Shown here piece by piece: positions 8,167-17,826 of a stretch of DNA of 34,360 nucleotides. Under the pieces are notes generated by a model, which saw only the letters and a list, made by a program, of their open reading frames with translations, was not told where the DNA came from and searched no databases. The DNA comes from a virus: IMG/VR virus record IMGVR_UViG_3300045988_056976. One strand, written 5' to 3'. The position numbers were made by a program, and so were the translations under genes. Each line of letters opens with the position of its first letter. Position 1 is the first letter of the stretch.

Positions 8167-8478
8167 GTGGCGGGCGCGGTGAATGCCGCCCTGCTGTCGT
8201 CCGTCAAGCTCGCCTGCAACATCACCTGGAACGATGAGGCTACGGACACCAAGGTGTCCGACCTCATCGCCTCCGGGGAGGCTTACATTGACGGGAAGCT
8301 CGGCGAGGCTGGCGACTACGAGAACCCCGGGGAGCCGTTGACGCTGCTGAAGGAATACGTCCGTTACGGCTTGAGCGACGCGCTGGATGTGTTCGAGACG
8401 AACTATCTGAACCGGCTGCTGGCTATGCAGAACGACAGGCAGGTGAAGAACTATGCGGAAGCTACCGTTTCGCCCTGA
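8167..8478 (+). CDS. head-tail connector protein (gp6-like)
   Basis: 103 aa with a GTG start, directly after the capsid gene. Size and position are typical. Sequence is reminiscent of the Phage_connect_1 family. Confidence 0.6.
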   Translation: MAGAVNAALLSSVKLACNITWNDEATDTKVSDLIASGEAYIDGKLGEAGDYENPGEPLTLLKEYVRYGLSDALDVFETNYLNRLLAMQNDRQVKNYAEATVSP

Positions 8479-8836
8479 CGACCGGCAGATCACGCAGCCC
8501 TACCGGGACGGCGTGGTTAAAATCTACACCATAACGGACACCGCCCAGCCCGGATACCAGCCCAAGCCCACGCCTACGCTGGTGGAAACGCTGTTCTATG
8601 CGGAGCGGCGGGTCGGTCTGCAGCGGTATTACAGCGGTAAGCAGGCGCAGGTGCAGGTGGAGCGCGTGATCCGGACGCAGACGCGCCCGGCGGTGAATCC
8701 CCAGTGCATCGCCGTCACGGAGGACGGCACGCAGTACGGCATCGAGCTGGTGCAGCAGCTGCAGGACGTCTATCCGCCGTCCATGGACTTGACGCTCGTC
8801 CGGATCGAACAGAAGTATGAGGTGTCCCATGAGTAG
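8453..8836 (+). CDS. head closure / head-tail adaptor protein
   Basis: 127 aa, overlapping the previous gene. Position and size fit the head-tail joining family. Confidence 0.6.
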   Translation: MRKLPFRPDDRQITQPYRDGVVKIYTITDTAQPGYQPKPTPTLVETLFYAERRVGLQRYYSGKQAQVQVERVIRTQTRPAVNPQCIAVTEDGTQYGIELVQQLQDVYPPSMDLTLVRIEQKYEVSHE

Positions 8837-9191
8837 TAAACGAAATGTGCCCGAATCGGGCACCGACAGGACACCCCTGTGGGCGCAGCGAATCATCGCG
8901 GCGCATCTCGCCGTGACCGACGCCGTCAGCCACGGCGGGCGCATCCAGTCTGACCGCTACCTTGTCTGGCAAGAAGACGGCGCGAACGACTTCGAGGCCG
9001 GTGGCATCCACGCGGAAAAGGCGGTTACAGGCTCCACAGATCTGTTCACGAAGCAGGAGTTTGACCCCTGGCGGGATGAGCTGGAAGCCGCCTTTGACGC
9101 GGCGGAGATCGTCTGGAGCTTGAACAGCTGCCAGTTCGAGGAGGAGACCGGCTTCTGGCACTACGAGTGGGACTGGGAGGTGTTTGCCTGA
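8829..9191 (+). CDS. structural-module protein of unknown function (120 aa)
   Basis: ATG at 8829 (alternative 8817), coupled to neighbours on both sides. Contains palindrome copy 2 in frame, read as VPESGT. Confidence 0.5.
   Translation: MSSKRNVPESGTDRTPLWAQRIIAAHLAVTDAVSHGGRIQSDRYLVWQEDGANDFEAGGIHAEKAVTGSTDLFTKQEFDPWRDELEAAFDAAEIVWSLNSCQFEEETGFWHYEWDWEVFA
8847..8863. repeat. 17-bp palindrome GTGCCCGAATCGGGCAC, copy 2
   Basis: Exact match, inside ORF 8829..9191. Confidence 0.9.
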
Positions 9192-9676
9192 TGGCTACGT
9201 TCCAGTTCGGCGGCATCGACAACTACATCAAACAGCTGAACAAGCTGCAGCAGTCCACCAAGGATGGCGTGGTGGGTAAGACGGTCTATGCCGGTGCGGC
9301 GGTCGTGGCGGATTCGGTGCGGCGTGCGATAGAGGCTTTGCCTGTGGGCGACGGACGCGCCCGGGACGGCGGTTTGGTTGACACCGTCACCTTGCCGCAG
9401 AAGGCGGGGCTTCTGGACGGCTTTGGCATCAGTCGCTTGAAGGACGATAACGGGTTTATCAACGTCAAGGTTGGCTTTGATGGGTACAACTCCACCCGGA
9501 CGGAGAAGTACCCACGAGGGCAGCCTAACGCACTGATTGCCAGAGCAGTCAATAGCGGCACCACCTTCCGCAAAAAGACGAAGTTTGTGGACAAGGCGGT
9601 GAACTCCGCCAAGAAGGCGGCGGAAGCGGCAATGGACGCGGCGTGCAGCCGCGAAATTGAAAAAATCATGAAATAG
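9191..9676 (+). CDS. tail completion protein (HK97 gp10-like)
   Basis: ATG at 9191 overlaps the previous stop (TGATG). 161 aa, just before the major tail gene. Confidence 0.65.
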   Translation: MATFQFGGIDNYIKQLNKLQQSTKDGVVGKTVYAGAAVVADSVRRAIEALPVGDGRARDGGLVDTVTLPQKAGLLDGFGISRLKDDNGFINVKVGFDGYNSTRTEKYPRGQPNALIARAVNSGTTFRKKTKFVDKAVNSAKKAAEAAMDAACSREIEKIMK

Positions 9677-9687
9677 GAGGTGCTGCT

Positions 9688-10296
9688 ATGAGCGCAGCAG
9701 GAAAGGTCTGTACGGGCTTCAGCAAGCCCTACGTGGCTAAGTATTCCAACGATGGCGGCGCGGTCACCTACAGCGGCGTCATGCTGCTGGCGCGGGGCGT
9801 CAGCGTGTCCCTGTCCCTGAATACCACGGACGACAACACGTTCTACGCCGACAACATCGCCGCAGAGACCGCAGCGGCTGTATTCGCAGACGGCACCGCC
9901 ACGCTGACCGTTGACGGGCTTCTGGCGTCGGCTGAGAAGTTCATCCTTGGTCTGCCTGAGTCCACCGAGATCCAGGCGGGCGGCAGCGCGGTGCAGGTCT
10001 CCCACTACGGCGACGGCATGGAGATCCCCTACGTGGGCATCGGCTTCGTCGTCCGCTACCAGAGCGGCGGCGTGGCGACCTACGCGCCCGTTGTGCTGAC
10101 GAAGGCGCGATTCCAGCAGCCTGGTCTGGACGCCGCCACGCAGGAAGAGTCCATCGACTGGCAGACGCAGGAGCTGACCGCCACGCTGATGCGCGACGAC
10201 ACCGCCAACCATGACTGGAAGCTGGTGGGTGCGGATCAGTCCACCGAGGCGGCTGCCGAGGCTGTCCTCAAGGCGATTCTGGGCGGCGCGGCATAA
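9688..10296 (+). CDS. major tail protein
   Basis: AGGAGG RBS. 202 aa, immediately upstream of the chaperone/tape-measure genes. Resembles phi13-type major tail proteins. Confidence 0.75.
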   Translation: MSAAGKVCTGFSKPYVAKYSNDGGAVTYSGVMLLARGVSVSLSLNTTDDNTFYADNIAAETAAAVFADGTATLTVDGLLASAEKFILGLPESTEIQAGGSAVQVSHYGDGMEIPYVGIGFVVRYQSGGVATYAPVVLTKARFQQPGLDAATQEESIDWQTQELTATLMRDDTANHDWKLVGADQSTEAAAEAVLKAILGGAA

Positions 10297-10307
10297 AGGA
10301 GGCGGCT

Positions 10308-10676
10308 ATGCAGATCTACGGCAGAGAAGTGGGCTTCCGCTTCACGGTGGGTGCCTCCGCCAAGATCTCCGACCTCTGCCCAGGCGGCGACATCAGCCGT
10401 CTGGGGGAGGTTCTGGAGGGGCAGTACGGTAAGGTGGCGCGGGATTCTGCGTCCATCATCGCCGCGCTGAGCGAGGGGTATGAGGAGGCGTGTGCCTTTG
10501 AGATCCCCGGCTATAAGCCCCAGCCCCTGACGGTGGAGGAAGTTCTGAGCCTGCGGATGGACGAGTTCGCCCAGCTGCAGCAGGCGGCGTTGACCGCTTG
10601 GATGGAGGACAGCAAGCCCACGGTGGAGGTGGAGCCCGAAAAAAAAGAAAGCCGCAAGGCGCAGGCGTCCAGCTGA
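10308..10676 (+). CDS. tail assembly chaperone (gpG analogue)
   Basis: 122 aa with an acidic C-terminus, between the major tail and tape measure genes. Contains the slippery A-run near its 3' end. Confidence 0.75.
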   Translation: MQIYGREVGFRFTVGASAKISDLCPGGDISRLGEVLEGQYGKVARDSASIIAALSEGYEEACAFEIPGYKPQPLTVEEVLSLRMDEFAQLQQAALTAWMEDSKPTVEVEPEKKESRKAQASS

Positions 10677-10852
10677 ACCTTGCTTGGCTCCTGTTCTACG
10701 GGCGAAAGCTGAATATGGGGAGGCAGGAGATCATGTGCGCGAGATACGGTGAAATGCTGGACATGATCGCCTGCCTTGCCATTTACAACGGCGCGACGCC
10801 CAAGAAGAAGCGAAAACACTGGACATTTGACGAAGCTATGAAGGTGAGGTGA
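10308..10852 (+). CDS. tail assembly chaperone frameshift product (gpGT analogue, -1 shift at 10640..10646)
   Basis: An A8 run at 10639..10646 gives the zero-frame heptamer A_AAA_AAA. The -1 frame (track ORF 10598..10852) stays open to 10852, just before the tape measure start. Confidence 0.65.
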
Positions 10853-10856
10853 GCCT

Positions 10857-12923
10857 ATGGCTGTAAATATCGGCCCCAAGATCGGAGTGGACGGCGAGGC
10901 GGAATATCGTCGGCAGATCAACCAGATCATCCAGCAGTCCAAGACGTTGGAGAGCCAGATGAAGCTGGTGGCATCGCAGTTTACCGCCACCACGACGGCG
11001 GAGGAGAAGAATGCTAAGACCGCCTCCGTGCTGACCAAGCAGATCGAAGTGCAGCGTGACCGCGTGAAGCTTCTGGCGGAGCAGACCGGCAAGGCTGCCG
11101 CCAAATACGGCGAGGCGGACATCCGTACTCAGAAGTACCAAGAGCAGCTGAACAAGGCGACCGCATCGCTGAACAAGATGCAGAACGAGCTCCGCGACAC
11201 CTCCCGCGGCGTGGAAGATCTGGGCGAGGATATGGACGTTGGAAAGTCGAAGGCGTTGTCCTTCGGCGATGTCCTGAAGGCGAATATTTTGGCTGAGCTC
11301 GTGGTGGATGGGCTCAAAAAAATGGCTGGTGCGGTAAAAGACTTTGCATCCGGTATGATTGATGCTGCAGCCGAGGTCAAAGCAACGAATGCGCAGTTCG
11401 CGCAGACCTTCGGAGACCTTGCATCCAGTGCCACCAAGGAGCTGAATACTATTGGTGATGCGGCAGGTATCCTGCCCTCGCGTTTGAAGTCGGCTTATAC
11501 CCAGCTATATGCCTACGCAAAGTCCAGCGGCATGAATAGCGCGGCAGCTTTGAAGTTTGCCACCGAAGCGACCTATGCGGCCGCTGATGCAGCCGCATAC
11601 TACGACAGGAGCCTCGAAGAGGCCACTGAACAGGTGTTGGCATATACCAAGGGAAACTATGCAAACGACGCCGCTTTGGGCTTCGCAAGTACGGAAGCAA
11701 CCCGAAACGCGCAGGCAATGAAAAGCCTGGGTAAAGAGTATAAAGACCTTGATGTTACGGCAGGCGAGACTACACAGGTACTGCTTGATCAGATTGTTGC
11801 GTCGCAAAAGCTGTCCGGAGCCTATGGCCAGGCAAGCCGAGAGATGGACGGCTGGGAAAATGTTACGGGTAACGCCAAAGAGGCATGGAAGCAATTCAAG
11901 GCCGCAGTTGGTGAGCCGTTTCTCGAGGCAATTACCCCTGTTCTCCAGGATATTACGACCGAGTTCGTGGCATGGACGGAAAGCGTAGACTGGGAATCGT
12001 TTTCGGCGACCATTGCAAGCTTTGTCTCCAGCATCTTGGAGAATGGCGAATACATCGTCTCTCTGATTGCGGGAATCGGTGCCGGATTCATCACCTGGAA
12101 TGTTGCGTCTCTCATAAACGCGGCGGTTACATCCATAAACGCTTTTAAGGCGGCAAACGAGGGGGCTACAGTTGCTCAGTGGGCTATTAATGCCGCTATG
12201 AACGCCAACCCTATAGGGATAATCATCACTCTCGTGGCAGGGCTGGTTACGGCAATTATCACACTTTGGAACACCAGCGAGGACTTCCGCAATGGCGTTA
12301 TTGAGATTTGGACCAGCGTCAAAGACTGGATAGCCGGTGCCGTGGAAAGCATTGTAACCTGGTTCACCACTGCCGGCGAGAACATACGGTCTTTCTTTGC
12401 CAGTGTAGGTACAGCTGTTTCGGATAAAGCTCGCGATATAGCCAGAGCTGTCCGCGATGGCGTGCAGTCTGCCATAGACTGGCTGCGGGAGCTTCCCGGT
12501 CGTGCAATCAGCCTGGGTTCAAATATTGTTAAAGGCATTTTCAACGGCATAAAGAATGCCGGAGAATGGCTTTACAATAAGCTCCGGGGCTGGGTTGATG
12601 GTGTGGTCGGCTGGATCAAGGACTTCTTCGGCATCCACTCCCCCTCAAAGGTTTTTGCCGATGAGGTCGGTAAATTCATCCCGCCCGGCATCACGCTGGG
12701 CGTAGAGCAGGCAATGCCCCGCGCCATGCGCGCTATGGGTGACGAGCTGGCCGCACTGACGGACATCCCCTTGCCGGGGGCCGGCAGCACAACGACTACC
12801 AACATGGGCGGCGTAGTGCTGAACGTCTACGGCGCGGAGGGACAGGACGTCAACGCTCTGGCGGACGCCGTCATGTACAGGCTGCAGAGCGCGGTGGAGA
12901 GAAGGGAGGCGGTGTTCGCGTGA
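10857..12923 (+). CDS. tape measure protein
   Basis: 688 aa, coiled-coil/Ala-rich with hydrophobic stretches, in the canonical position after G/GT. Confidence 0.9.
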   Translation: MAVNIGPKIGVDGEAEYRRQINQIIQQSKTLESQMKLVASQFTATTTAEEKNAKTASVLTKQIEVQRDRVKLLAEQTGKAAAKYGEADIRTQKYQEQLNKATASLNKMQNELRDTSRGVEDLGEDMDVGKSKALSFGDVLKANILAELVVDGLKKMAGAVKDFASGMIDAAAEVKATNAQFAQTFGDLASSATKELNTIGDAAGILPSRLKSAYTQLYAYAKSSGMNSAAALKFATEATYAAADAAAYYDRSLEEATEQVLAYTKGNYANDAALGFASTEATRNAQAMKSLGKEYKDLDVTAGETTQVLLDQIVASQKLSGAYGQASREMDGWENVTGNAKEAWKQFKAAVGEPFLEAITPVLQDITTEFVAWTESVDWESFSATIASFVSSILENGEYIVSLIAGIGAGFITWNVASLINAAVTSINAFKAANEGATVAQWAINAAMNANPIGIIITLVAGLVTAIITLWNTSEDFRNGVIEIWTSVKDWIAGAVESIVTWFTTAGENIRSFFASVGTAVSDKARDIARAVRDGVQSAIDWLRELPGRAISLGSNIVKGIFNGIKNAGEWLYNKLRGWVDGVVGWIKDFFGIHSPSKVFADEVGKFIPPGITLGVEQAMPRAMRAMGDELAALTDIPLPGAGSTTTTNMGGVVLNVYGAEGQDVNALADAVMYRLQSAVERREAVFA

Positions 12924-13630
12924 TTTTCTGGGCTGGCAAATCCTCCGATGATGTTCACGTTGTCGTCGAACGCTATCCCTCCATGCCGCTGGCGGCGCGG
13001 AAGCTGGACGTGCAGTCCGTCCCCGGGCGCAGCGGAGACCTGATCTTCCCCCAGGACGCCTACGAGAACTACGTCCAGCAATACGAGGTCTACATCAGCG
13101 CGGAGCGCATCCGCCTGCCCCGCGCCATGCGCGAGGTGGCGCAGTGGCTCTGTGCCCCGAAGGGCTACCAGCGTCTGGAGGACAGCTACGACCTTGAGGC
13201 GTTCCGGAACGCCTATTTCGTGGGGCCGCTGGACGTGGAGAGCATCATGCACCGCTTCGGGCGGGCGACCATCGAGTTCAGCTGCCAACCGCAGCGTTGG
13301 CTGCGCTCCGGCGAGATAGAATCCCGCCTGCTCAGCGGTCAGAGCCTGCTGAATCCCACGGCGTTTGCAGCGAAGCCGCTGATCACCGTCACCGGGTCTG
13401 GCTCCGGCACTCTGACGGTGGGCGGCCGCGCCGTGGAGATCAAGAGCTTCCCGGACGGTTACGTGGTGCTGGACTGCGAGGCACAGAACGCCTACGGCGC
13501 GCAGGGTGCGAATCGCAACGCGACCATCCTCGCGCCGGAGTTCCCGGAGCTGGCGGCAGGGGAGACCCCCGTCAGCTGGAGCGGCGGCATCACCGCCGTG
13601 ACGATTAAATCGAGGTGGTGGACGCTGTGA
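12920..13630 (+). CDS. distal tail protein (Dit)
   Basis: 236 aa. GTG start overlaps the tape measure stop. Canonical position after the tape measure gene. Confidence 0.75.
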   Translation: MIFWAGKSSDDVHVVVERYPSMPLAARKLDVQSVPGRSGDLIFPQDAYENYVQQYEVYISAERIRLPRAMREVAQWLCAPKGYQRLEDSYDLEAFRNAYFVGPLDVESIMHRFGRATIEFSCQPQRWLRSGEIESRLLSGQSLLNPTAFAAKPLITVTGSGSGTLTVGGRAVEIKSFPDGYVVLDCEAQNAYGAQGANRNATILAPEFPELAAGETPVSWSGGITAVTIKSRWWTL

Positions 13631-15486
13631 ACCCTATCCTTTATAGCCCCGCAGAGCGGGCATTTGCCGATAACGGCGTGGGCGTCCTGTCTGACGCAGC
13701 GTCCTGCATCGTGACGGAGGAACGGAACGGCAGCTTCGAGTTGGAGTTGCAGTACCCGGTCGCCGGCATCCACTACGCCGACATCACCTACCGCTCTGTC
13801 ATCCTCGCAAGACCGCGTCCGGACGCCGCGGCGCAGCCGTTCCGTGTATACCGCATCACCCGCCCCATGGGCGGACTGGTGACTGTCTACGCCCAGCACA
13901 TCAGCTATGACCTCTCCGGCGTTGCCATGCCGCCCTTCACGGCGCAGGGCATCACCGGGGCGTTCGCTGCCATCAATGCCAGTGCACTCCCGTCTGACAG
14001 CGGCTTCGCCTACTGGACGGATAAGACGGGGACGCAGGGCATCTCCAGCACGCTGCCGCTATCCGTCCGCTCGCTTCTGGGCGGCGTCCGCGGCAGCATC
14101 CTGGATGTCTACGGCGGCGAGTACGAGTTCGACCGTTTCACCGTCCGGCTCTGGGCGAAGCGCGGGGAGGATCGCGGCGTGACGATCCGCTACGGAAAGG
14201 ATCTGACGTCCCTGGAGCAGGAAGCCAGCTGCGCGGCGGTCTATACCGCCGTCTACCCCTATTGGACGAGCGGGGAGGCGACTGTAGAGCTGCCGGAAAA
14301 GACGGTGTCCGTTCCGGGCACATTTGACTTCACGCGGATCCTGCCACTGGATTTGTCGTCCTCGTTTGACGACGCACCGTCCGTGGACAGGCTGCGGACG
14401 GCCGCGCAGTACTACATCACCGACAACAAGCTGGGCGTGCCCCGCGTGTCCCTGAACCTGTCCTTCACCCAGCTGGACGGCGAGCGCGTTGACCTTTGCG
14501 ACACCGTCTCCGTCGTTTTCCCCGCCATGGGCGTCACCGCCCGGGCGAAGGTGATACGAACGACCTTCGACGTCCTGCGTGACCGCTACAAGGGCGTGGA
14601 CGTGGGCGACATTCGCGCCAACGTCGCCGACACCATCGCGGCGCAGGCGCAGGATCTTGACGCCATGCCCACCACGCAGGCGATGCAGAAGGCGATCCTT
14701 AACGCCACCGGCTGGATCACCGGCACCGGGGGCGGCTACGTGGTCTTTAAGCGCAACGACAGCGGACAGGCGACGGAGCTGTTGATCATGGATTCCCCGG
14801 AGATGTCCACCGCCAAGAACGTCTGGCGTTGGAATCTCGGCGGGCTGGGCTTCTCGAGAAACGGCGTCAGCGGCCCCTATGAGACCGCCATCACGCAGGA
14901 TGGATCCATCGTGGGCAAGTTCGTCACTGCCGACGGCCTGCACGTATACGCCGCCAACGTGGACGGTGTGCTGCAGGCGAACCAGATCAACGCCGCGAGC
15001 CTGCACGTGAACGCCGCCAACGTGGACGGTGTGCTGCAGGCGAACCAGATCAACGCCGCGAGCCTGCACGTGAACGCCGCCAACGTGGACGGCACATTCT
15101 CCGCCGACAAGATAGTGGGCGGCACCATCGACGCCGACCAGATCAACGTCACGAATCTGAACGCGGACAACATCAATTCCGGCTCGTTGAAGGGCGCATA
15201 TCTGGCGGATGCGGCGGTCACCGTGGACAAGATCGGCAGCGGCGCGGTGACAAACCCGAAGATCCAATACGGCGCGGTCGGCAAAGCAGAGTGCACGACC
15301 TCCCTGCAGAACCTAATTGCCGAGGGCATCACCGCCAACAGCATTTTGGCAGGCACCGGCTTCGCCACCGACCTGACGGCTGATGTGTTCCGAGTGCGGA
15401 CGCAGTTCAGATTCCAGAATTTCAGCAGCCCACTGACGCTACACAACAAGAGCAGCCTGCCAACCTATGTGTTGGGGGCGAACTAA
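13615..15486 (+). CDS. tail-associated protein (Tal, prophage-tail N-terminal domain) with internal 21-aa repeats
   Basis: 623 aa. The N-terminus (NPILYSPAERAFADNGVGVLSDAASCIVTEERNGSFELELQYP) is typical of phage minor structural / Tal proteins. Follows Dit. Confidence 0.8.
   Translation: MVDAVNPILYSPAERAFADNGVGVLSDAASCIVTEERNGSFELELQYPVAGIHYADITYRSVILARPRPDAAAQPFRVYRITRPMGGLVTVYAQHISYDLSGVAMPPFTAQGITGAFAAINASALPSDSGFAYWTDKTGTQGISSTLPLSVRSLLGGVRGSILDVYGGEYEFDRFTVRLWAKRGEDRGVTIRYGKDLTSLEQEASCAAVYTAVYPYWTSGEATVELPEKTVSVPGTFDFTRILPLDLSSSFDDAPSVDRLRTAAQYYITDNKLGVPRVSLNLSFTQLDGERVDLCDTVSVVFPAMGVTARAKVIRTTFDVLRDRYKGVDVGDIRANVADTIAAQAQDLDAMPTTQAMQKAILNATGWITGTGGGYVVFKRNDSGQATELLIMDSPEMSTAKNVWRWNLGGLGFSRNGVSGPYETAITQDGSIVGKFVTADGLHVYAANVDGVLQANQINAASLHVNAANVDGVLQANQINAASLHVNAANVDGTFSADKIVGGTIDADQINVTNLNADNINSGSLKGAYLADAAVTVDKIGSGAVTNPKIQYGAVGKAECTTSLQNLIAEGITANSILAGTGFATDLTADVFRVRTQFRFQNFSSPLTLHNKSSLPTYVLGAN
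14938..15093 (+). repeat. 63-bp in-frame tandem repeat, about 2.5 copies, inside Tal
   Basis: Units at 14938..15000, 15001..15063 and partial 15064..15093 are nearly identical. They encode LHV(Y/N)AANVDGVLQANQINAAS. Confidence 0.9.
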
Positions 15487-15497
15487 AGGAGGTTCCC

Positions 15498-15863
15498 ATG
15501 GACAAAGATAGACCGACGATCACCATGGCGGACGAGACGACACTGCCCTGCGAGTTCTTCGGCTACGCCGAGAGTCTGGGCGTCCAGTATATCGACATTC
15601 CCGGCAGCACCCTGTCCGAGCTGGCGCAGATCTTCAGCAACGCGGAAAAAACGTCCGCCATCAAGTTCGTCAACTCATCGGAGACGGTTATCCGCGAGGG
15701 ATTCACCGTCCTCGTCTCCCTGCAGCGGGCGTCTGTGGACAACGACACGATCCGCGTAGCTCTTCGGCGTCCCTATGCCGACGCTGCCGCTACGGCGGAG
15801 GCAGCGGAGTACAAAGCCGCGCTGGACATTCTCGGAATCAAGACGGAGGAGGTTATACCATGA
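15498..15863 (+). CDS. hypothetical tail-module protein (121 aa)
   Basis: AGGAGG RBS. The C-terminal motif EYKAALDILGIKTEE is shared with ORF 17827..18192. Confidence 0.55.
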   Translation: MDKDRPTITMADETTLPCEFFGYAESLGVQYIDIPGSTLSELAQIFSNAEKTSAIKFVNSSETVIREGFTVLVSLQRASVDNDTIRVALRRPYADAAATAEAAEYKAALDILGIKTEEVIP

Positions 15864-17815
15864 ACATCAACCAGGAATTGACCCTCAACCTGTCCGCGGA
15901 CGGGATTCCGCCTCGCCTGCACATGGTACAGGGCGACGCCAACACCCGCACCGTCGTGGCGACGCTATGGGACGGCGCGCAGCCCTACACCGTCCCCGCC
16001 GCCTCTGCGGTCATGATCCGCTTCCGAAAGCCGGACGGTACCGGGGGTCTCTACGACACGACAGAATCCGGCGCGCGGGTCACCGTCTCCGGCAATACCG
16101 TCACCGCCCCCGTTGCCACCCAGATGCTGGCCGTGGCGGGCGTGGTGCAGGCACAGGTGGACATCTACGGCACCGCCACCGGCAAGGCGGCGGAAAAGCT
16201 GGCAACGTTCCGCTTCGCCGTGGAGGTCGCGCCCAGCGTCTACCCGGACGCCGAGATCATCAGCAGCGATTATTTCAATATCATCGCCGCCGACATCGGC
16301 AAGGCGGTGGAAGCGGCAGCCAGAGCGGAGGCGGCGCAGGCGGCGGCCTCTGCCGCCCAGCAGGGAGCGGAGTCCGCCCGCGACGACGCCGTGAATGCCA
16401 GGACCGCTGCGGAATCCGCCAAGACGGCTGCCATTGCCGCCCAGAAGAAATCCGAGGCGGCGCAGATAAAGGCGGAGACGGCGCAGACCGCAGCCGAGCA
16501 GTCCGCCGCTGCCGCCCAGACAGCCAAGGAGGGCGCAGAGACGGCGCAGACCGGCGCACAGGCAGCCCAGGCCGCAGCCGAATCGGCTAAGGCTGCCGCT
16601 CAGGCGGCGCAGACCGGCGCGGAGACTGCCCGCACTGGCGCAGAGACCGCCAAGGGCGCGGCGGAGGATTCCGCTGAGGATGCGGAGGCATGGGCTGTCG
16701 GTCAGCGTAACGGGGTGGACGTCCCCTCCACCGACCCCGCCTACCACAATAACGCCAAGTATTACAAGGACCAGGCGCAGACCATTGCCGGCGGCGAGTT
16801 TGTCAGCTACGGTGCCCCCCAGTCCCTGACCGACGAGCAGAAGGCGCAGGCACGTGAGAACATCGGTGCTACTGCCCCATACGAAGCGGGCGACAACATC
16901 TCCATCACCGGCAGGATCATCACCACCAAGGCGTTCCCGTGTAACCCCAACCTGCTGGACAACTGGTACTTCGGGAATCCGGTCAATCAGCGGGGACAGA
17001 CGAGCTATACGGGGGCGGGGTATACGATTGACCGGTGGAAGCTTTATACATGGAATATTGATTCTGCGGCGGCGAGTGTTGTGGCGGATGGAGTACGTCT
17101 TGTTGGTACTTCGGATTCTCCGAACTCTTGCAAGCTGCTTGAGGTCGTGCAACTGCCACATATTCAAGCAGGGACAGTAGTAACCGCATCAATCTTAATT
17201 ACCGCGATTGCGGCGAATGCCGGTTCACCTGCTTTACGTCTCTGTAAGAGTAACGGTGACGTCATAGCGAAAGTTGATGTCCGTAGCGTGGGGTTACACA
17301 CGCTTACAACGGCAATCCCAGCTGATATTAGCGATTCTGTGGAGATCCAGTTTGGCCAAGACTCCAGTTACGGCGGCAATGGCAACACAGACGTGACCGC
17401 TAAGGCCGTCAAGCTGGAACCCGGCTCCCAGCAGACCCTCGCCCACAAGGAATATGGCGATTGGGTGCTGAACGAGATCCCGAAGTTCGGCGATCAGCTG
17501 GCGGAGTGCCAGAGATATTACTATAAGAATCATTATGTCCAGTATCAAACAATCAACATGGCGTATGAAGATACAGCCTATGCGTTCATCATGTTACCGC
17601 TCCCCGTTGCAATGCGTATTGATAACCCCGTGTTGACGCAAAGTAAGCCGATAGCACTGGGGACCAGCGAAAAAATAATGGCGACGGCAGAGGCGAAGGG
17701 GTGTATGGCGAAGCTGGGCGTCAACTATGCAGCGATAAGCAACGCGCAGAAGGCGGTATACTCGTACTGCGCCGACCCCGAAGGCGTCACCTTTGAACTT
17801 TCCGCCGATCTGTAG
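15860..17815 (+). CDS. tail fibre / receptor-binding protein (BppU-like N-terminus, Ala-rich coiled coil, low-GC C-terminal domain)
   Basis: The N-terminus (LHMVQGDANTRTVVATLWDGAQPYTVPAASAVMIRFRKPDGT) resembles the BppU N-terminal domain. It has a long AAQAAxSA-type helical repeat. The C-terminal third is clearly lower in GC. Confidence 0.8.
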   Translation: MNINQELTLNLSADGIPPRLHMVQGDANTRTVVATLWDGAQPYTVPAASAVMIRFRKPDGTGGLYDTTESGARVTVSGNTVTAPVATQMLAVAGVVQAQVDIYGTATGKAAEKLATFRFAVEVAPSVYPDAEIISSDYFNIIAADIGKAVEAAARAEAAQAAASAAQQGAESARDDAVNARTAAESAKTAAIAAQKKSEAAQIKAETAQTAAEQSAAAAQTAKEGAETAQTGAQAAQAAAESAKAAAQAAQTGAETARTGAETAKGAAEDSAEDAEAWAVGQRNGVDVPSTDPAYHNNAKYYKDQAQTIAGGEFVSYGAPQSLTDEQKAQARENIGATAPYEAGDNISITGRIITTKAFPCNPNLLDNWYFGNPVNQRGQTSYTGAGYTIDRWKLYTWNIDSAAASVVADGVRLVGTSDSPNSCKLLEVVQLPHIQAGTVVTASILITAIAANAGSPALRLCKSNGDVIAKVDVRSVGLHTLTTAIPADISDSVEIQFGQDSSYGGNGNTDVTAKAVKLEPGSQQTLAHKEYGDWVLNEIPKFGDQLAECQRYYYKNHYVQYQTINMAYEDTAYAFIMLPLPVAMRIDNPVLTQSKPIALGTSEKIMATAEAKGCMAKLGVNYAAISNAQKAVYSYCADPEGVTFELSADL

Positions 17816-17826
17816 GAGGTGCCAAA

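Noticed and set aside
14938-15093. Tandem repeats considered as a CRISPR array
   Set aside because: The units are directly adjacent with no spacers, are in frame, and encode a 21-aa protein repeat inside Tal.
14059-15267. 402-aa minus-strand ORF
   Set aside because: Antisense to the Tal gene, which has a recognisable N-terminal domain and correct synteny.
15775-17167. Alternative-frame and antisense ORFs (15775..16590 plus, 15965..17167 minus, 16113..16559 various)
   Set aside because: They are generated by the GC-rich Ala-codon repeats of the tail fibre gene. Their products are Arg/Gly/Pro low-complexity strings.
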